A DNA stretch of 64,000 bases, taken from positions 1-64,000 of the forward strand of contig JAAILG010001354.1 in assembly GCA_012026655.1 (NCBI GenBank), read 5' to 3'. Shown here in pieces: positions 1 through 13,458 of the stretch. The translations under genes and the position numbers were made by a program. Under the pieces are notes generated by a model, which was not told the origin of the DNA, made no database searches, and worked only from the letters and a program-made list of their open reading frames with translations. Source of the DNA: Hydrolagus affinis (taxonomy: Eukaryota). Every line of letters starts with the position of its first letter. Position 1 is the stretch's first letter.

Positions 1-562
1 ACTAGTGTTCCTTACATTTACATTTCAAAAGAATTTTTACGGCAGACGAAAACCAAATTAAAATGCACTCAAGTGGAAGTCACAACTTGTATTTTTGTTG
101 TGAAGACATGACTTCGACTGGATCATATCCATATGGTTTGCCTGGCAACACAAAGACTGGCTGGGATTTTATTTAAAATTTACCTTATTGCAACAGCATT
201 AACATAACCCCCAGTGTTACGCCAGTGTTAAAATAAGTTCCACTGCACTGATATGAAGAGAGAAAACAAGCACAATGCTGCCTAATCCTTTCCCCTCAAA
301 GCAGGCAGCTGCATTATTGGAACCTTGCTTTCCTGCTGCGTAAACACACAGTAAAGTGATCCATAAATTGGCACGTATGGCAAATTGGTTTTAAGTGGCT
401 TTTTGTTAAGTCGTATCATCCATATAAGACAGGACAGTAAATTTTCAAAAGGTAGGATGCTTTTACTTAATTGCTACTGGTAAGTCACCTTTCTTGGAAA
501 CTCTTAGATTATTCCAGTTATTGCAAATCTCCAGTATTGTACCGGGTGTCTCTTCCCTTAAG

Positions 563-770
563 TATTTCTTTACACAGTCGGTTGTCAAAATACCATGTTC
601 CAAAAAGCCTTAGGGACAGAATCAATTTGGATGCTTAAAAGGGAGACGGCTGGATAAATATTTGGGGAGTATGGGGTACGGGGAAAATGCAGAGAAATTA
701 GATTAAAAAGATCTAACATGATTTAATAATGTGAGAGAACAGGCTTGATGGGCTGAAGGCAACTTTTTAG
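563..770 (+). mobile_element. CR1 LINE 3' fragment
   Basis: tatttctttacacagtcggttgtc (FFTQ.VV), then ctggataaatatttg, then aggcttgatgggctgaa, typical of the CR1 ORF2 end and 3' UTR. Confidence 0.6.
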
Positions 771-2269
771 CCTTGCAAGCAAATTCTATAGGATTTTTAT
801 ATTTTCCCAAATTGTTGAGAGGTTAACAAAGACCAATGTTAACTGATCTATGGCCCTGATCTATGCTTCTTTTTTTTAACCTATTTCCACATTAGCTCTG
901 CCAAATCAATTTGTGTTTTAATAGCTCCAACATAGTACGGTAAGCCTGCCATTCGAAGAGATTGCCTGCTGTGGGGATTCTCTGTGTTTAGTAATTCGGT
1001 TACACTGACCATCACACCGTACATTGTATATACAGTACAGCACTTTCTCCCCTTGTTGCATCCCTCTAATTGAAGCTATAGGGTCATATTACTATCTCCC
1101 TCTCCCAAATACTATATCATCAGCATCTCTCTCCTATCAATCCATAATACAGTATGTCAGTATTGCACCACCTTAGCTGCATTGTAGACTCCAGGATAAC
1201 TGTGCACCGAAGTTTCATAAAAACTTGTTCATAAGTAAAATTGTTTCCACTTGAATGGAAGTTTAGTAACAGAATATAGAAGGGTGAAATCTATACATGA
1301 ACTAAGCAACATTTCATGCAGAACCTACTCTAATTTGACTAGCTCTTTTGGGGATAAACTAGGAATTGTTTGTATAATTTAAAATAACACAGAGAGCGTG
1401 TCTTCGCCCTCATCTCTTCTCAGCAGGAAGCTTTGCACCCTTGCCAAAAATTATTAAACCGAATTTCATATTTAGCAAAGTCGATCCTAAATAGGTTTAG
1501 CTATGTATGCATGATGTTCTGGAATGGAGAAACTGCGACATTATTGTGATTCCAGCAGTTGTGCTGCATCATTCAAAGTCAATCGGTGAGAATTCCACCC
1601 AAAAATGGCCACTATTTTCAAGCCTGTGCCTTTTGTGACTGCTGCTTGTTGTGCCTGTATTATAGCCTATATTGGACTCAACCACCTACTGTGTGACGTA
1701 CTTCATCAAATTGCCAAATAACAGCAAAGTTAAAAGCTTATCAATGTAGACTGAATGCTGTTTGCCAGTAATCATCACTGAATTTCCAGCCCAATAAACT
1801 TGCACGGATAATGCCCCCGATTGTTAACCCTGACACTGCCGGCAGCTAACTCTGCACATCATGATGTCTCCTTGAGACAAACATTTCTGTTCATTGTCAG
1901 CTAACATCCCGACACTTAGAACAAATGCCAAGTTTACAGGAGTAAGCTGCTCAAACATCAAATATTGCTCCGTTACTGTCACATTAACAGCAATATAACT
2001 ATAGAGAAAACCATGAACACAACTTAAATAATAAAAAAAATTGATTAATCTGTTTCCATTTCTTTTTTTTCCTGATTATCCTTTAAATCCTTTGAATAAT
2101 TTACAGTTATTTTGTTGTATCCTGCCAATGTTGTATCTTATCTATCCAATTTTTTCCCTTGAGCTTTTCCCAACTGTTTGAAACCCATCCATTGCACATA
2201 TCTTTTCTTGCCTGTCCTTTCCCAGACTATTTTTTTACAGCCGAAACATTTGTTTTTAATATAATGCAT

Positions 2270-2576
2270 GGAGTTCTATAGCTCAGTGGTTAGCGCACTC
2301 GCCTTACAAGCAAGAGACCTGGGTTTAATTCCAGGTAGGGCGAAATCTTGGGCAAGTTTCCTTACTCCACATGCTTGATAATAATCCCTAAAAAAAAATA
2401 TTAAATTGGTCATTTCAGTTTAGACTGTTTGTGGGACACGCTGAGTGCAATTGACTGCCGCATTTCGCCCATATATAAACAGTCAATTTACTTTACAGTA
2501 TATTCTGTGAAGCACTTTGCAATGCCTAGATGTGAAAAGCGCTATACCAAATGAGAGGATTATTATTATTATTATT
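2270..2576 (+). mobile_element. Full-length tRNA-derived SINE (Val-like head, L2-type tail, (TTA)n end)
   Basis: A box tagctcagtggttag, anticodon-like arm ctcgc-cttacaa-gcaag, B box ggtttaattcc, tail gtgaaaagcgctataccaaatg..gattattattatt. Homologous to the copies at 42801 and 48847. Confidence 0.88.
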
Positions 2577-2593
2577 TTCCACTGACTGTAAAA

Positions 2594-2760
2594 CTACCCC
2601 ACCATCAGAGGTCTGGGCTTCAGTGTTTCTGCCCCCATCCTCTGAAACTCCATCCTGGAATCCCTTGGCTCACCCCTTCTGCCTCCTTCAAGATCCATCT
2701 TAAGATCGCCCTCTTTAAACTTGCCTATGGTCTTCCTTCCATCCCTACTCACTCGCTCTC
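2594..2760 (+). mobile_element. L2 LINE 3' fragment
   Basis: cccaccatcagaggtctgggcttcag...ctctgaaactccatcc...ttcaagatccatcttaagatc; homologous to the fragments at 57515 and 39811. Confidence 0.7.
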
Positions 2761-2909
2761 CACCCCTCTTCAATCCAACTTCTAGTTCATGTGTAAACCG
2801 TCGACCATCCTTGGGAAGGTCTAACCGACTTGAAAGGCATAATAAGTGCAATTTGTTGTGGTTGTTGTAAAAGGTGTGAAAACATATCCATTTTCCTTCC
2901 CCCCCAACA

Positions 2910-2927
2910 CCACACACACACACACAC
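2910..2927. repeat. (CA)n microsatellite
   Basis: Directly visible. Confidence 0.9.
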
Positions 2928-4019
2928 GTTGAGGATAGAAACTCAACCACAGCACTTTTTCAAGAGTTAATCCTTCAACGTGTACATCGAACAACAAGCG
3001 TATGGAAAGAATTAGCCTTCACTTTTTGCCATAACATCCCTTTTTGGTAAAAAAAAATTAAACTGCCCCCACAAACTCCATAGTATGTATTATGAGGTTA
3101 AACAGATGTGTGGGAGTGATTGCAAAGATGCCATTGTGCAATTATTTTTGATCTACCTACCAGGAGAATAATGAAAGTGAAAAGGTTGCTTTGATGCTCT
3201 TCAGTGGGTCAGGAGACACGCATCCTGCATCTTTGTACAAGTGGCACTATTTGAAAAAAAATTATATAAAGGCATCTTGTCTAAAAATAAGACATAATAC
3301 TGCACTGAGTCATATAACTAGCAGGATTTAGCTGCATGACTCCATATAAAACACAACAATGGCTGTTGTTCTGTTCCGATTGCTATGTGTAGCAAAGCAT
3401 TTGATGCAAATTTATAACGGGATTTCCCATTCCAAGCACACCCATGGAAAGGTTTGCTATCTTTAGTGATGAGAACAAAATAGATAATGTAAATTTAGTT
3501 TTAATTTGAAGCTTTTGCTTCACATTTGAAACACATAGCTATCACTGCAAAATTGTAAGAGTCACTCTTCCATTGCAGGCCAATTCTGAATTGAGAAAAG
3601 TATTTTCAACCTTTCAATATCTTAATATCGAGCCTTGTCTCGCCTGTTGAGCCAGTGCTGCAACCTGATTTATTTTCCCTGAGAATTTATTTGCACATCT
3701 ATGCTGAGGTTATTTTAAAGAGGGTGGCAAAAAAAAAAAAAACATTTCTATGGCTATTGTTGATCCTCTAGAGGTGACTGGGGCAGCCCCAGTCATGATG
3801 CTGGAGACAAACTGTTGCGATCTCTTTTCAAGGTTTTTGTATCTCAAACTTTCAAGGGAATAATAACTGTATTATTGAAAACATAAATTATCCTTAGCAT
3901 TTCACTGCAGGCTATGACCACTGACTTGCCTTCTGCAACAGGAACTTGCAAGATCGCAAGAGAGGTGCAGATGAAGATGAGCTTTGTTCCATTTTGATCT
4001 CACTCTTGCACCGTCGCCA

Positions 4020-4500
4020 GCTCATTGTTTTCCAATTATATCATCGAGCTGTTTCTGATTTGAGCTAAGAACCTGTTAATTCCCCTCGGTTTAAAGAAAT
4101 ACTTCCTGGTGGTTGTCCTAAAATTGTTCTTTACAACCTTAAGATTGTACTCCCTCTTCCTGTTGTCTTGGCATAGCTGAAAGCTTTGCACATTGAGACA
4201 TCCTCCAAATATGAAAGGCACGATGTAAAACAGAATAAATTGTACTGCATTTTATTGCATTGTCTGAGTTTACTTTTTTAATAATATTTACATATAATAG
4301 CTCAATATGCTTCCTCCTGCAATGTCTTTAAAAAAAATTAAATTAGCTTGTCCAATTATTTTTAAGTTTTGTCTCTCGCCAAAACACCCGTCAGCTTGGA
4401 CCAGATGTAAGCTGCAGCTCTATCGATTGCACCATAGGGGCTGCCTAAGGCAGAGATATCTCTTTTCAGGGCTGAAGAGCCCTAGCTTATCCAGTCATAC
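4020..4500 (-). mobile_element. Two pieces of a decayed CR1 ORF2 C-terminus
   Basis: Minus-strand LDKLGLFSPEKR (~4455-4495) and REYNLKVVKNNFRTTTRKYFFKPRGIN (~4080-4160) resemble the CR1 motifs LGLFSLEKRR and RGH.LKL....F....RK.FF..R..N. Confidence 0.65.
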
Positions 4501-5493
4501 ACCAGGTTTGACGAAAATGACCCTCAATGAAAAGCACCGAAGGAAAAGGCAAATAATAAGCTAGAAAATAGATTAATATTGAAAAGTGAAAATAGGAATT
4601 TACCAGAAATGTGAAACACCAGCTTGCCATCAAAGTTATAATCTGTTCAACTCAAAAATGTGACAGATTTGTGTACAGTTTTGTTAAGTTCAGTGAGTTG
4701 TTTTGCTCGATGTGCGCTTATAAATAACCGAGTTGCAATTTTGAATTATAAATAGCTTCAAATTGTAAAAGTAGCTTTAGTTATGATAAGTGAAAAATGC
4801 ATAAGAGTTAGCAAATGAACTTGAATAGCATTTAGCCCACATCTGTGAATTCACTACATTGAGTGAAGCAGGGTAGAATAACTTCCAATGATTCCTCAGC
4901 AAGTCACATGAAGCATAACTGGTCCACTACACTAAGTTTATGGGATAAATTCTATGTAAATTTGCCAACACATTTGGTGCTGCGCTCTATGTTGTGAAAC
5001 AAAGTGAATCTGTTCCATTGTTTGGTACAATTTAATATCTATATTGGTTCCATATGTCGACACACTTATTTTGACTTTATTTTGTAAGTGTAAAGAAGAG
5101 GCCTTTCGGAGCACGAAGGGATTCTGCTCAGAAAGTTTCTCTTTAAAAAAATCTCTGATTGCTGCGTCACTGTTTATTTCACTTCAGAGTTGACTCAATA
5201 GTTATAAATAGCTGCCATTTGCAAATTGCAAATTGCCGTTAGTTCTACAGTGCCACATCTACACTGGTGGCACAGGTTCCTTCACAGTGGAGAAAGGGAG
5301 GCATTCCTTGAGTTTGTAGGCATCACATTATTGTTATCAGTTGTCCTGACAAGCACCGCTTTCGAAGATTTAGGTTTACTTGCTGCATGAGATGTGTCCA
5401 TTACACATATAAGTTATGACAACAGCCACAGTGTTTACCCCTGTCCTATCACATTTTACTTGACCATGCCATTGGGCATCCTCCCACCCCCCC

Positions 5494-5631
5494 CACCTCT
5501 GGCAATGCAACTCTCCCCCATCATTCCATTGGAGTGTCAGTTTAATCTATATGATTCCAAATCATGAGGTGGGGCTTGAAGCCAAAAGCTTCTGACTCAG
5601 AAGCGAGAGTGCTATCACTGAGCCAGGCTGA
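5494..5631 (-). mobile_element. 5' part of a Deu-type tRNA SINE
   Basis: Reverse complement tcagcctggctcagtgatagcactctcgcttctgagtcagaag...ttcaagcccc is the same head as the copy at 50775. Confidence 0.75.
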
Positions 5632-5754
5632 AACACTTTTCATTACACTAAAGTTTTATAGTTAACCTGCTTATTAAGATGATAAAAATGCGGTATCCCT
5701 TCTGCTTACAAGTCTAGATGTGGAATCAATTGGGAAATTCTAAAGGCCACATAG

Positions 5755-5863
5755 ATACTAAAGAAATATGTTGGATATGAAGAAAAGGCAGCAAAATTTA
5801 GTTAAAAAGATCTAATAAAATGATGAAAGCAGCGCAAGGCCTAACAGCCTATTCCTATTCCTA
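5755..5863 (+). mobile_element. CR1 3' UTR fragment
   Basis: ggatatgaagaaaaggcag...gcctattcctattcct; similar to the fragments at 563 and 17261. Confidence 0.5.
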
Positions 5864-6219
5864 GCTCACATTTATGGAAGTCTTTCGAATGTGCGTTGGA
5901 CTCAACACTATTTATTCTTGGTTAAAACCTTTGGCTTGGGCACTTCCAAAACACCACAAATCTGCAAAGCTTGCTTTAGACCACCCAGAAAGCAATACTA
6001 TGTGAATCAGGTATGAATCAGAGGTTTCCTGTTATTAATTCCTACAATACTGGAAGTGACATTGTATCATTCCAGCAATGGAAAGGGGCACAGAGGAAGA
6101 TGCTAGAATGTTGGCTCGTTGTTAGTTATTTCTCGGTTTGTCACAGTACCAGATCACACTGATCTATTTTGATTCCTCTGTAGTTAGATAGATGGATAAA
6201 TTATTCGTTAGATATAGAT

Positions 6220-6464
6220 CCATTTCAGATCATTCAACCAGGTGCAGCTATTCTTAACCTTCCATTGCAGACCTAATTGTGTATTCAGATAGTGTGCAAT
6301 GCCTACCATTATAACAAGAGGCTACACTTGTTTTGTGCAGTGCCAATCAATTTACCTTTATGATTTAACACTTCTGCCACAGTAAATTCTAGCTCTTCAT
6401 CATTAAAATGAGTCTCCCTTCTGTATGACCTTTTACCAGCATTACTGCTGCTGATGTCCTCCAT
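6220..6464 (-). pseudogene. Decayed Myb/SANT (NAIF1/MSANTD-like) gene of a PIF/Harbinger transposon
   Basis: RRETHFNDEELEFTVAEVLNHKGKLIG..., then a stop and frameshift, then GIAHYLNTQLGLQWKVKNSCTWLNDLK. Both blocks align without gaps to recalled NAIF1 ([26 protein letters not shown] and [27 protein letters not shown]). Confidence 0.68.
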
Positions 6465-7244
6465 TATGACTCTAACACTAACACTTTGAAGGCCTCTGTG
6501 CCAACTTTGCCCAATGCACAGTGTCACTTGATCATCGGTGTGCGCTAGCCCATGTAATGCAATACAATCTATACTGTAGAGTGTATCGAAAGGGTGCATT
6601 TCCACGCAGTTTGCATCACCACAAGGATAAAGGCAAAATTGAAATGTTAAGTGGAAAACATTCCTATATTTCTAGATAATGAATTGATCCACATAAGCCC
6701 CATATGCCAAGTATCTGGTGTGAGGGGCTAAATGCATTTCAGTCACTTGCGCCTCTTATTTTTTGAGAGGATGGCACTAGATTTGTCATCAAGAATATAG
6801 CTCTGGTCACAATTATGGAGACACAGGGAATAATGACTTGCCATCTAGCTATACACACACATTTTGAACTATCCACAGGTATGGGCTCCATAACATCATG
6901 ATCAAAAACATTTGGCTATTTTTCTTTACTATTTATAATGCTGTTTTCGGCATCAATTCAGTGGAAAAATTGCATTGAATCAATGCTAAAAGTGTAGTAT
7001 AAATGGTGCGTCAGTCAGTGGACTGTCGGAGTGTTTGTTGAAGCCTGAGACAGAGTGTTCACCTGCCATGACAGTTCAAAAAAGGCTTCCCTTTGGGGTC
7101 TAATTTGTAGCGTTATATTGTGCTAATCAAAACCACAAGCGGCCATAAGTATACCTAGACTATTTCATGCAAAATAAATGTCTTGAAGCACCATGTGAAA
7201 AGCATCTGGGTCTGAAGAGGGAATCAGTCAGGTATATCAAAGAT

Positions 7245-7370
7245 GAAGGCTTGTAGGGTATGGGGATAGGCCAGGGCAGTGGGATTAAATGAATAGCTTG
7301 GTCTGAGAGATGGTCCATCTCTCAGATGGACCGAATGGCTTCCCTCTGCTTAGCAAATTTCCATGACTGT
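7245..7370 (+). mobile_element. CR1 3' UTR fragment
   Basis: ttgtagggtatggggatagg...gggattaaatgaatagct...gatggaccgaatggcttccctctgct. Confidence 0.65.
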
Positions 7371-10300
7371 ACAAGTACCGAGCAATTTATGGATTCCCTT
7401 AATTATGTAATGAACAACTAATGAAAATGTGATATTTTTGCTAATAACACTATTCAAGGTGTCTGTAATTCCTTCCTTGCACGTGCATAACACATGGTTA
7501 GAATAACCCACAAATTAGACCCCAGTACCACAGTGATGGCTGTGGACTGGGAATGCCAGCTCAAGGTACTGAATCCATTCAAATTTGAACCTGCCACGCT
7601 CCAGTTAAAAAGCGTGTACCTCATGTGCTAGGCTAAAACAAATCCTCCTTCAAACAGTTAGAATAACTGGCTGTACTCCCAACAGATGAAGAAATTATGA
7701 TTTAAAGCAGATGAAAGAGACAGTATTGAGTTCTATTGTTTATTAGCTTCTATTTTTAACAAACAATATCCAAGCAATCTTTATTTTATTCACTTCAGGC
7801 ATTTTATGTGGTCCAACGAGTTTGAATTAATTTAATTACAGAAAGGAATAGAGTGCTAAGAAAAATACTTATTGAAAATACTGTATCTTTGTGTTTTGCA
7901 GAAATAACATGAAGGATTGTTTTAGTACATAGGATCAAACAGGAATAGAATTTTGCTATTGTTAATTGATAAGAACAATTAAAATGGGACCTTACGCTAA
8001 ACAAAATGTAGTGGATCTCTATGTTTTTCTCTCAACTATGACCGAATACTGTAGTAACTTGAAGTGAAAAACCCCCCCCTCAAATTTCACTTAAGTCGAT
8101 CAAGCCATCTGGGGAAAAATAGATAAACATCAATCAGCTTCCTTGTCTGAGATATCACTGCAATGTCACTGAGAGTGAGTCGACTCACAAAATAATCCTT
8201 TCACTCACCAAAAGCAATATCAGAAGTTATTACTTTTTAAGTCTGTAACAAATGGACAATTTTAGCTAATGTAGAAACGGTAACAAAAGGCAAATGGCTT
8301 TTACTTAAGGCTAAACCGGACACATGACTGTATGTTGGAACTGTACGTTCACTGCGCAGACAGGAAACAATGAAAGCCTGCATCAGCCACACCCTGTTTG
8401 TATTAATTGTTAAAGAGCAGCAGCTCTCTCTCTTCCAGTGGCGCCCTGCAATAATGCTTTGCCGTTAAATCATTTTGTGGTTTTGATGCTGCAATTTAAA
8501 AAGCATTCCATTATTCTGATGTTTGCACATGACCTGCCAACCACTGGTAACATGTTCAAGCCTTTGTGCACATACAAAATATGGGAAAAAAACCCTAAAA
8601 AATGTTAAAAATGATGACATCATTTCAAATGAGTAAGCTCTTAGAAATGCACCCTGAGGGGTTTTATTTCCTTACTCAAGAGCAACATAACACCATCCGG
8701 CTGATGTGCTGTTCTCTTGTTTTTGGAATGAAGCCATCTTTGTGAACGCCTGGTTCATGCAAGTTAATCAATTTGAGGTTTACTTACACTGCTGAGGTTT
8801 GCATTCTATAAATTGGTATAAAGCCATTCCAACTTGTAAAATGTATTAACCGAATACCAATTGCCCTTAAACATTCGCACATTATGCCATCCCTCTATCT
8901 GATAAAAATACCAAATGCAATTTCAGATCCAAGTTCTTCAGTAGTTGATTTATTGCACGGAACTTTAATGTAGCCCATCTACAGATGCTGGTAGCTGTAC
9001 TTTTCAAATGGTTTACACAAGGGATAACTCGCCCTCATTGGTATCACAGCAACCAATGTAGCCCAAAGAAAACATTTGATTTTTTTTTAACAGAGCATAG
9101 TATACACTTTACTGTTACGGGTTTTTTTTTTGACCTGTATGGCAAAACAGTTTACTATGCAAGGTTTTTGCAAGATGAAATAGATGTAAAGTGTATTACA
9201 TATAAGGATTCTGAGTAAACAGGAGCACCAGATGTTCTTTGATGTTAATAATGGCATTTATTATTAATATTAATTAGACTGCATTCAGAAATACATTTGG
9301 GCCATTTCCAAGTCAATTAACCAAAACGACATTCGGGAAATATTCTGAGCGACATTTTAAGGCAGGTGTTCTGCATTCGCTATGAAGACCATTTTGCAGA
9401 TTCAAAAACTGCAGTCATTGCTAACGGTATACTTTGGTTTAGTTAAGTGGTATTGCTGCATTTTGAAATGTAAACATTTATTCATATTTTATGTGGTTTA
9501 CAGTAGCGGCACTGCGAATGGATCTTTGTTTTATATTTTCAGCGCAAGGCAGTACCATACTCAGCTACATTAACAAGCTGTACAATTATTTATCAACAAC
9601 ATGCTTTGGATGGTATATTTATGCTACAGTGCACTTTTCACTGCTGAAAATTAATGAACATGCCTCTCACACAACACACAAGCACCTGAGCTGCCAGAAA
9701 GATAATCCGAATTCATTTTTAATACTGTACGCTTGGGTGACATCATTTTAGTTTTGATTTTGAACAACCTGGTTTTAAGCCAGTGATCGCAGAAAATGGG
9801 ATTGACAAACTATAAAAATAACCCTTTTTACAGGTGTTTTTGAGACGTTACTTCTGTAATATATAGATTTCTATATATATGTTTAGAATCAATTTATATA
9901 CCTATAGTTTCATTCCTGATATAGCTTATTTTCTGTTTTTAATGATGTCTTTGTTTGGGAAGCTTAGCATTTTCAGAATGCATGCTAATTACTCCCTGAT
10001 CAAATGATGCATAAAAGGCCCCTTCTGATGGGCAATTCATCGATTTCCCCTGCCACTATCCCACTATCTGCCGAGGTACAGAGAAGGAGCTAAGTAAATA
10101 ATGATAAATATAACAAGCATGCAGAAATAATCGAGTCAGATTTTCCCTAAATTTACTGTAGTCAATCTGTTCCAGCCGAGGGACAAGAAAGAGCATTTTG
10201 CTACACAGCAGACAATGTAACTCAACAGAATATATAAGAAATGGTAATGTATTGTGGCTTGGTGCTGTAGCCTGTTAGCACTGCAGTCTCACACAGTGCT

Positions 10301-10689
10301 TTTCACTCGTGTGCATCTGATCCAATTCTTGCCTATCAAGTGAAGATAAAGATTTTCCATCTCAAATCAATGTTAACATTTAAAGGTAAAATGATTTCTG
10401 GCAGGCCGGACTGACTCCGCTTTAATCTTTAAAACACAAACCCATCCAAAGTGAGCCTGTGTATCCAACATGGCAGCTTCAGCTCAGAAAGCAAAAGACA
10501 CATAGGGTGGAGCAAGCAAACTAACCCGATTCAGCGTGACATTTGCTTTCTCGCAAAACAAGACAATGTATTGCAAAGCGCATTGAGGTTGATTGCAGCA
10601 GCTTTCCAAAGCATTTCAATGATGCTTCCTCATAATCCAATCAATTTTAAATCAATAAATCCAAACCTTTAAACATACAATCTTGGATC

Positions 10690-10842
10690 TTTTCAACACA
10701 GAAGGTTAGTTACCCCATTGGGTCCTTGCCAGCTACCTGTAAGAGCAAAAAAAAATTCCCCATAGCCTTTCATATTTTTCCTTCTCAGGTATTTGTTTAA
10801 TTCTTTGTAAAAAATCTATTTTATAGTCGACTTCAATCACCA
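10690..10842 (-). mobile_element. CR1 3' fragment
   Basis: caacacagaagg...ccccattgggtccttgccagct...ttcaatcacca, the reverse complement of a CR1 terminus. Confidence 0.5.
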
Positions 10843-10877
10843 ATATCTCATCTGGGCCAAAATCTGCCAGGTGCCAA

Positions 10878-10963
10878 AATCTGGCTCAGTTGGTACCAGT
10901 CTCTCCTCCAAGTCAGTGCGTCAAGCTCCTCATTGGGATTTTTGAGCTCATTGTCTAAGATGA
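10878..10963 (+). mobile_element. Deu-SINE head fragment
   Basis: ctggctcagttggtaccagtctctcctccaagtcag...ttgagctcattgtctaag. Confidence 0.55.
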
Positions 10964-11019
10964 AAAGAGAAGAAAGTTTCTCTGAACATCCTGCAGATGA
11001 ATAGTTTTCTTTATAAAAT

Positions 11020-11163
11020 TATTAATTTATTTCATGACTGTTTGTGGGACGCTGCTGTGGAGACAAATTGGTTGCCAAGTTCGAGCAAAAGTCACGACAC
11101 TTTACAGTCAATCCTGCAAAGCGTTTCAATGACAGGATATCAAACGCAAGGGTTATTCTTATT
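11020..11163 (+). mobile_element. SINE 3' half
   Basis: gactgtttgtgggacgctgctgtg...aaattggttgcc...cactttacag...tatcaaacgcaagggttatt. Confidence 0.75.
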
Positions 11164-13213
11164 AGTCAATGTTTCACTAAAATTATATTGTTTTTGCTTC
11201 TTCAAAAGCTATTTTCACCTCTTCAGCAACGTAAGTAATTTGCGATCGTCCACTTCCCAAAGAAGATGAAGTGCTCCAGGATACAGTTTCTCAAAACTGA
11301 TGCGATTCTCAACTAATAGCAATCAATAATGTGCGCTTTGCCAGGGATAGTGAGTATTCCTGCCAATTTTTTTCTTCCTGCAGAGTTGGTCAGTCTTTCA
11401 TCGTATGGTATTGCAGGCGGCAACCTCAACAAGATCTGATGAAACTCATGCTGGAGAGAGTTAAGGTCAAATGTCAGTCAACAGTGTAATTCAAACCTGG
11501 ATCCCTATCTTGGGAGTTCAGTGTGACAGTGCTCCAGTCGACAGATGCCCCGTGTAAGTCATACTATTCTGGCTGTAAAAGACGAAAAGTCCAGATCCAG
11601 TATTTACATCAGTCCATTTCAGCTGTTCTCATATAACATGCAAGTCAGTACTTGAGGAACTTACGGTCACAAAACAAATCTTCTCTATGTTAAATAAATT
11701 ATTAAAATTTGGTTGCTTAAAAGTCTGCCTTGGAGGGGAATGTCTATGTACACTTAAAAACAGGGACTACGTTATAGTCAAGAGTTCCAATAGTTGAGAA
11801 CCGAATTAGCCCAGTTACACTGCATGCGATGAGATTTGTGGAGATAAGGTGTGCATCGTTCTGCCACGAGGCGTGGGAGACTAAAATTAATGAAGCTGTT
11901 TCCGTTGCTCTGACCTGACACTGCATTTCAGGCAGGATGACTTCTGTAAATACCCAGAACTCCTCCAAATCATATCAAAAGCAGGTAAACAGCAATTTTA
12001 CTTCACATTCACTGTCGATTCAAAACAGAAACCACATCAAATCAACACTAACATCACAGTCAAGCCGAGGAATTAAAGAATCCAAGATCCCTGTGTAATT
12101 GTGTCATTTATTTAGTCTGTCTTGCGATTAAGGTGGATGTTAAGGGATTTTCCCCTTTCCTCCATTTCAAAGGAACATGGAGATTTTCCCTTGTTTGTCT
12201 GGTTTATATTCCCTCCCAATTTCATCCAAATTCACCTTCTATTCAATTTAATTGGCAACTCATCTCATTGTTCAGAGGCACAAATTAGCTGCTGTGTTTG
12301 CGTACAGAATTTTTCATTTAATTTCTAATCAATCTTATTTTGTAAAGCGCTTCGAGACATTTCCAACTAGAAAAGCACGTGGACAAGCTTTCATTGTTCT
12401 TAATAAATAAATGCCTTGGGTGATGGAATTTATTTCTTCACAAAATCCAAGACTAAAATGCAAGCAATCAATGTTCCAAGAGACCCCTAAAAGCTTCATA
12501 GGACTATCCTGAACAAAATGTTTGATAGAGCTTTTAAACAACCAGCCAACCCTTCGCCCACTGTAATGAAAATGTAGGAATGGAATAAGGGATACAAGCC
12601 TCTGGTGTAAAAGTTGTGTGAAATAATTTAGAGACGCTTATGCTATGCCAAACAATGAGGAATTTTTTAGGAATGCGTTTGCTTCCTGATATTTAATTGA
12701 TTAAAACCAGCTTTGGGGATTCGATTTGAGCCCACACTGGAGTGGTGTCTCTCTGTATCGTTATCCTGCAGGTGTCATTGTTTAAGATGACCGCTGCTTT
12801 TTGCCGTCGTGTAGACAGCGCTCACAAGCTTCCAACTCCACTATACAGTACTCTAGTCAGAAAAGGCAGCATGTGGACTGGTGCCCAGTGTATATACTCC
12901 TGGAAGTGAAGCAATATCACATACAGCAGTAAAATGATGGGGAATTGGAAGCCTGATTTATATTTGCTTTTCCTAATGACTTTGGCTGGTGGCTGAGGAG
13001 TGTTCTGCGCAGGCACAACACCTAAGTGCAAGACTACACAGCTCCACTAACGGGTGGTTATTTTGAAACATTAAATAATAGTCTGTTCAAAGTTCTTGGG
13101 TGGTCCATTTGACCACCCACGGATGTTTTAAGCAAACGTTGTCTGAGCTCAGCTTGAATCAAATGGCACCACTTGCACTGGGCATTCATTCTGGAGATGG
13201 TTCTGCTTTAAAT

Positions 13214-13458
13214 CTCCACCTGATCTCGCCTATCACTGGTGGGTGAGCTTTAAGCCACTCTGTCCCCACTCTCGGGATCTCCATCCCAGAGATCTTCTGT
13301 CTTACCCCCTTCATCTCTACTGCAAAAACCCACCTTAAGACCTATCTTTTCATACTGCTCTTTCAAACACCTTTCCTTCCCACCTGAGTTCCTTCCCAGT
13401 CAGCACTGTAAAGAGCTTTGAGATTTTCTCCTGACACGAAAGTCACTAAATGCAAACC
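13214..13458 (+). mobile_element. L2 3' fragment
   Basis: atcactggtgggtgagctttaagcc...caccttaagacctatcttttc...tgtaaagagctttgag...gacacgaaag. Confidence 0.65.

Noticed and set aside
2270-2345. tRNA-Val-like gene
   Set aside because: It is a SINE head: no intact acceptor stem, and it runs on into the repeat body.
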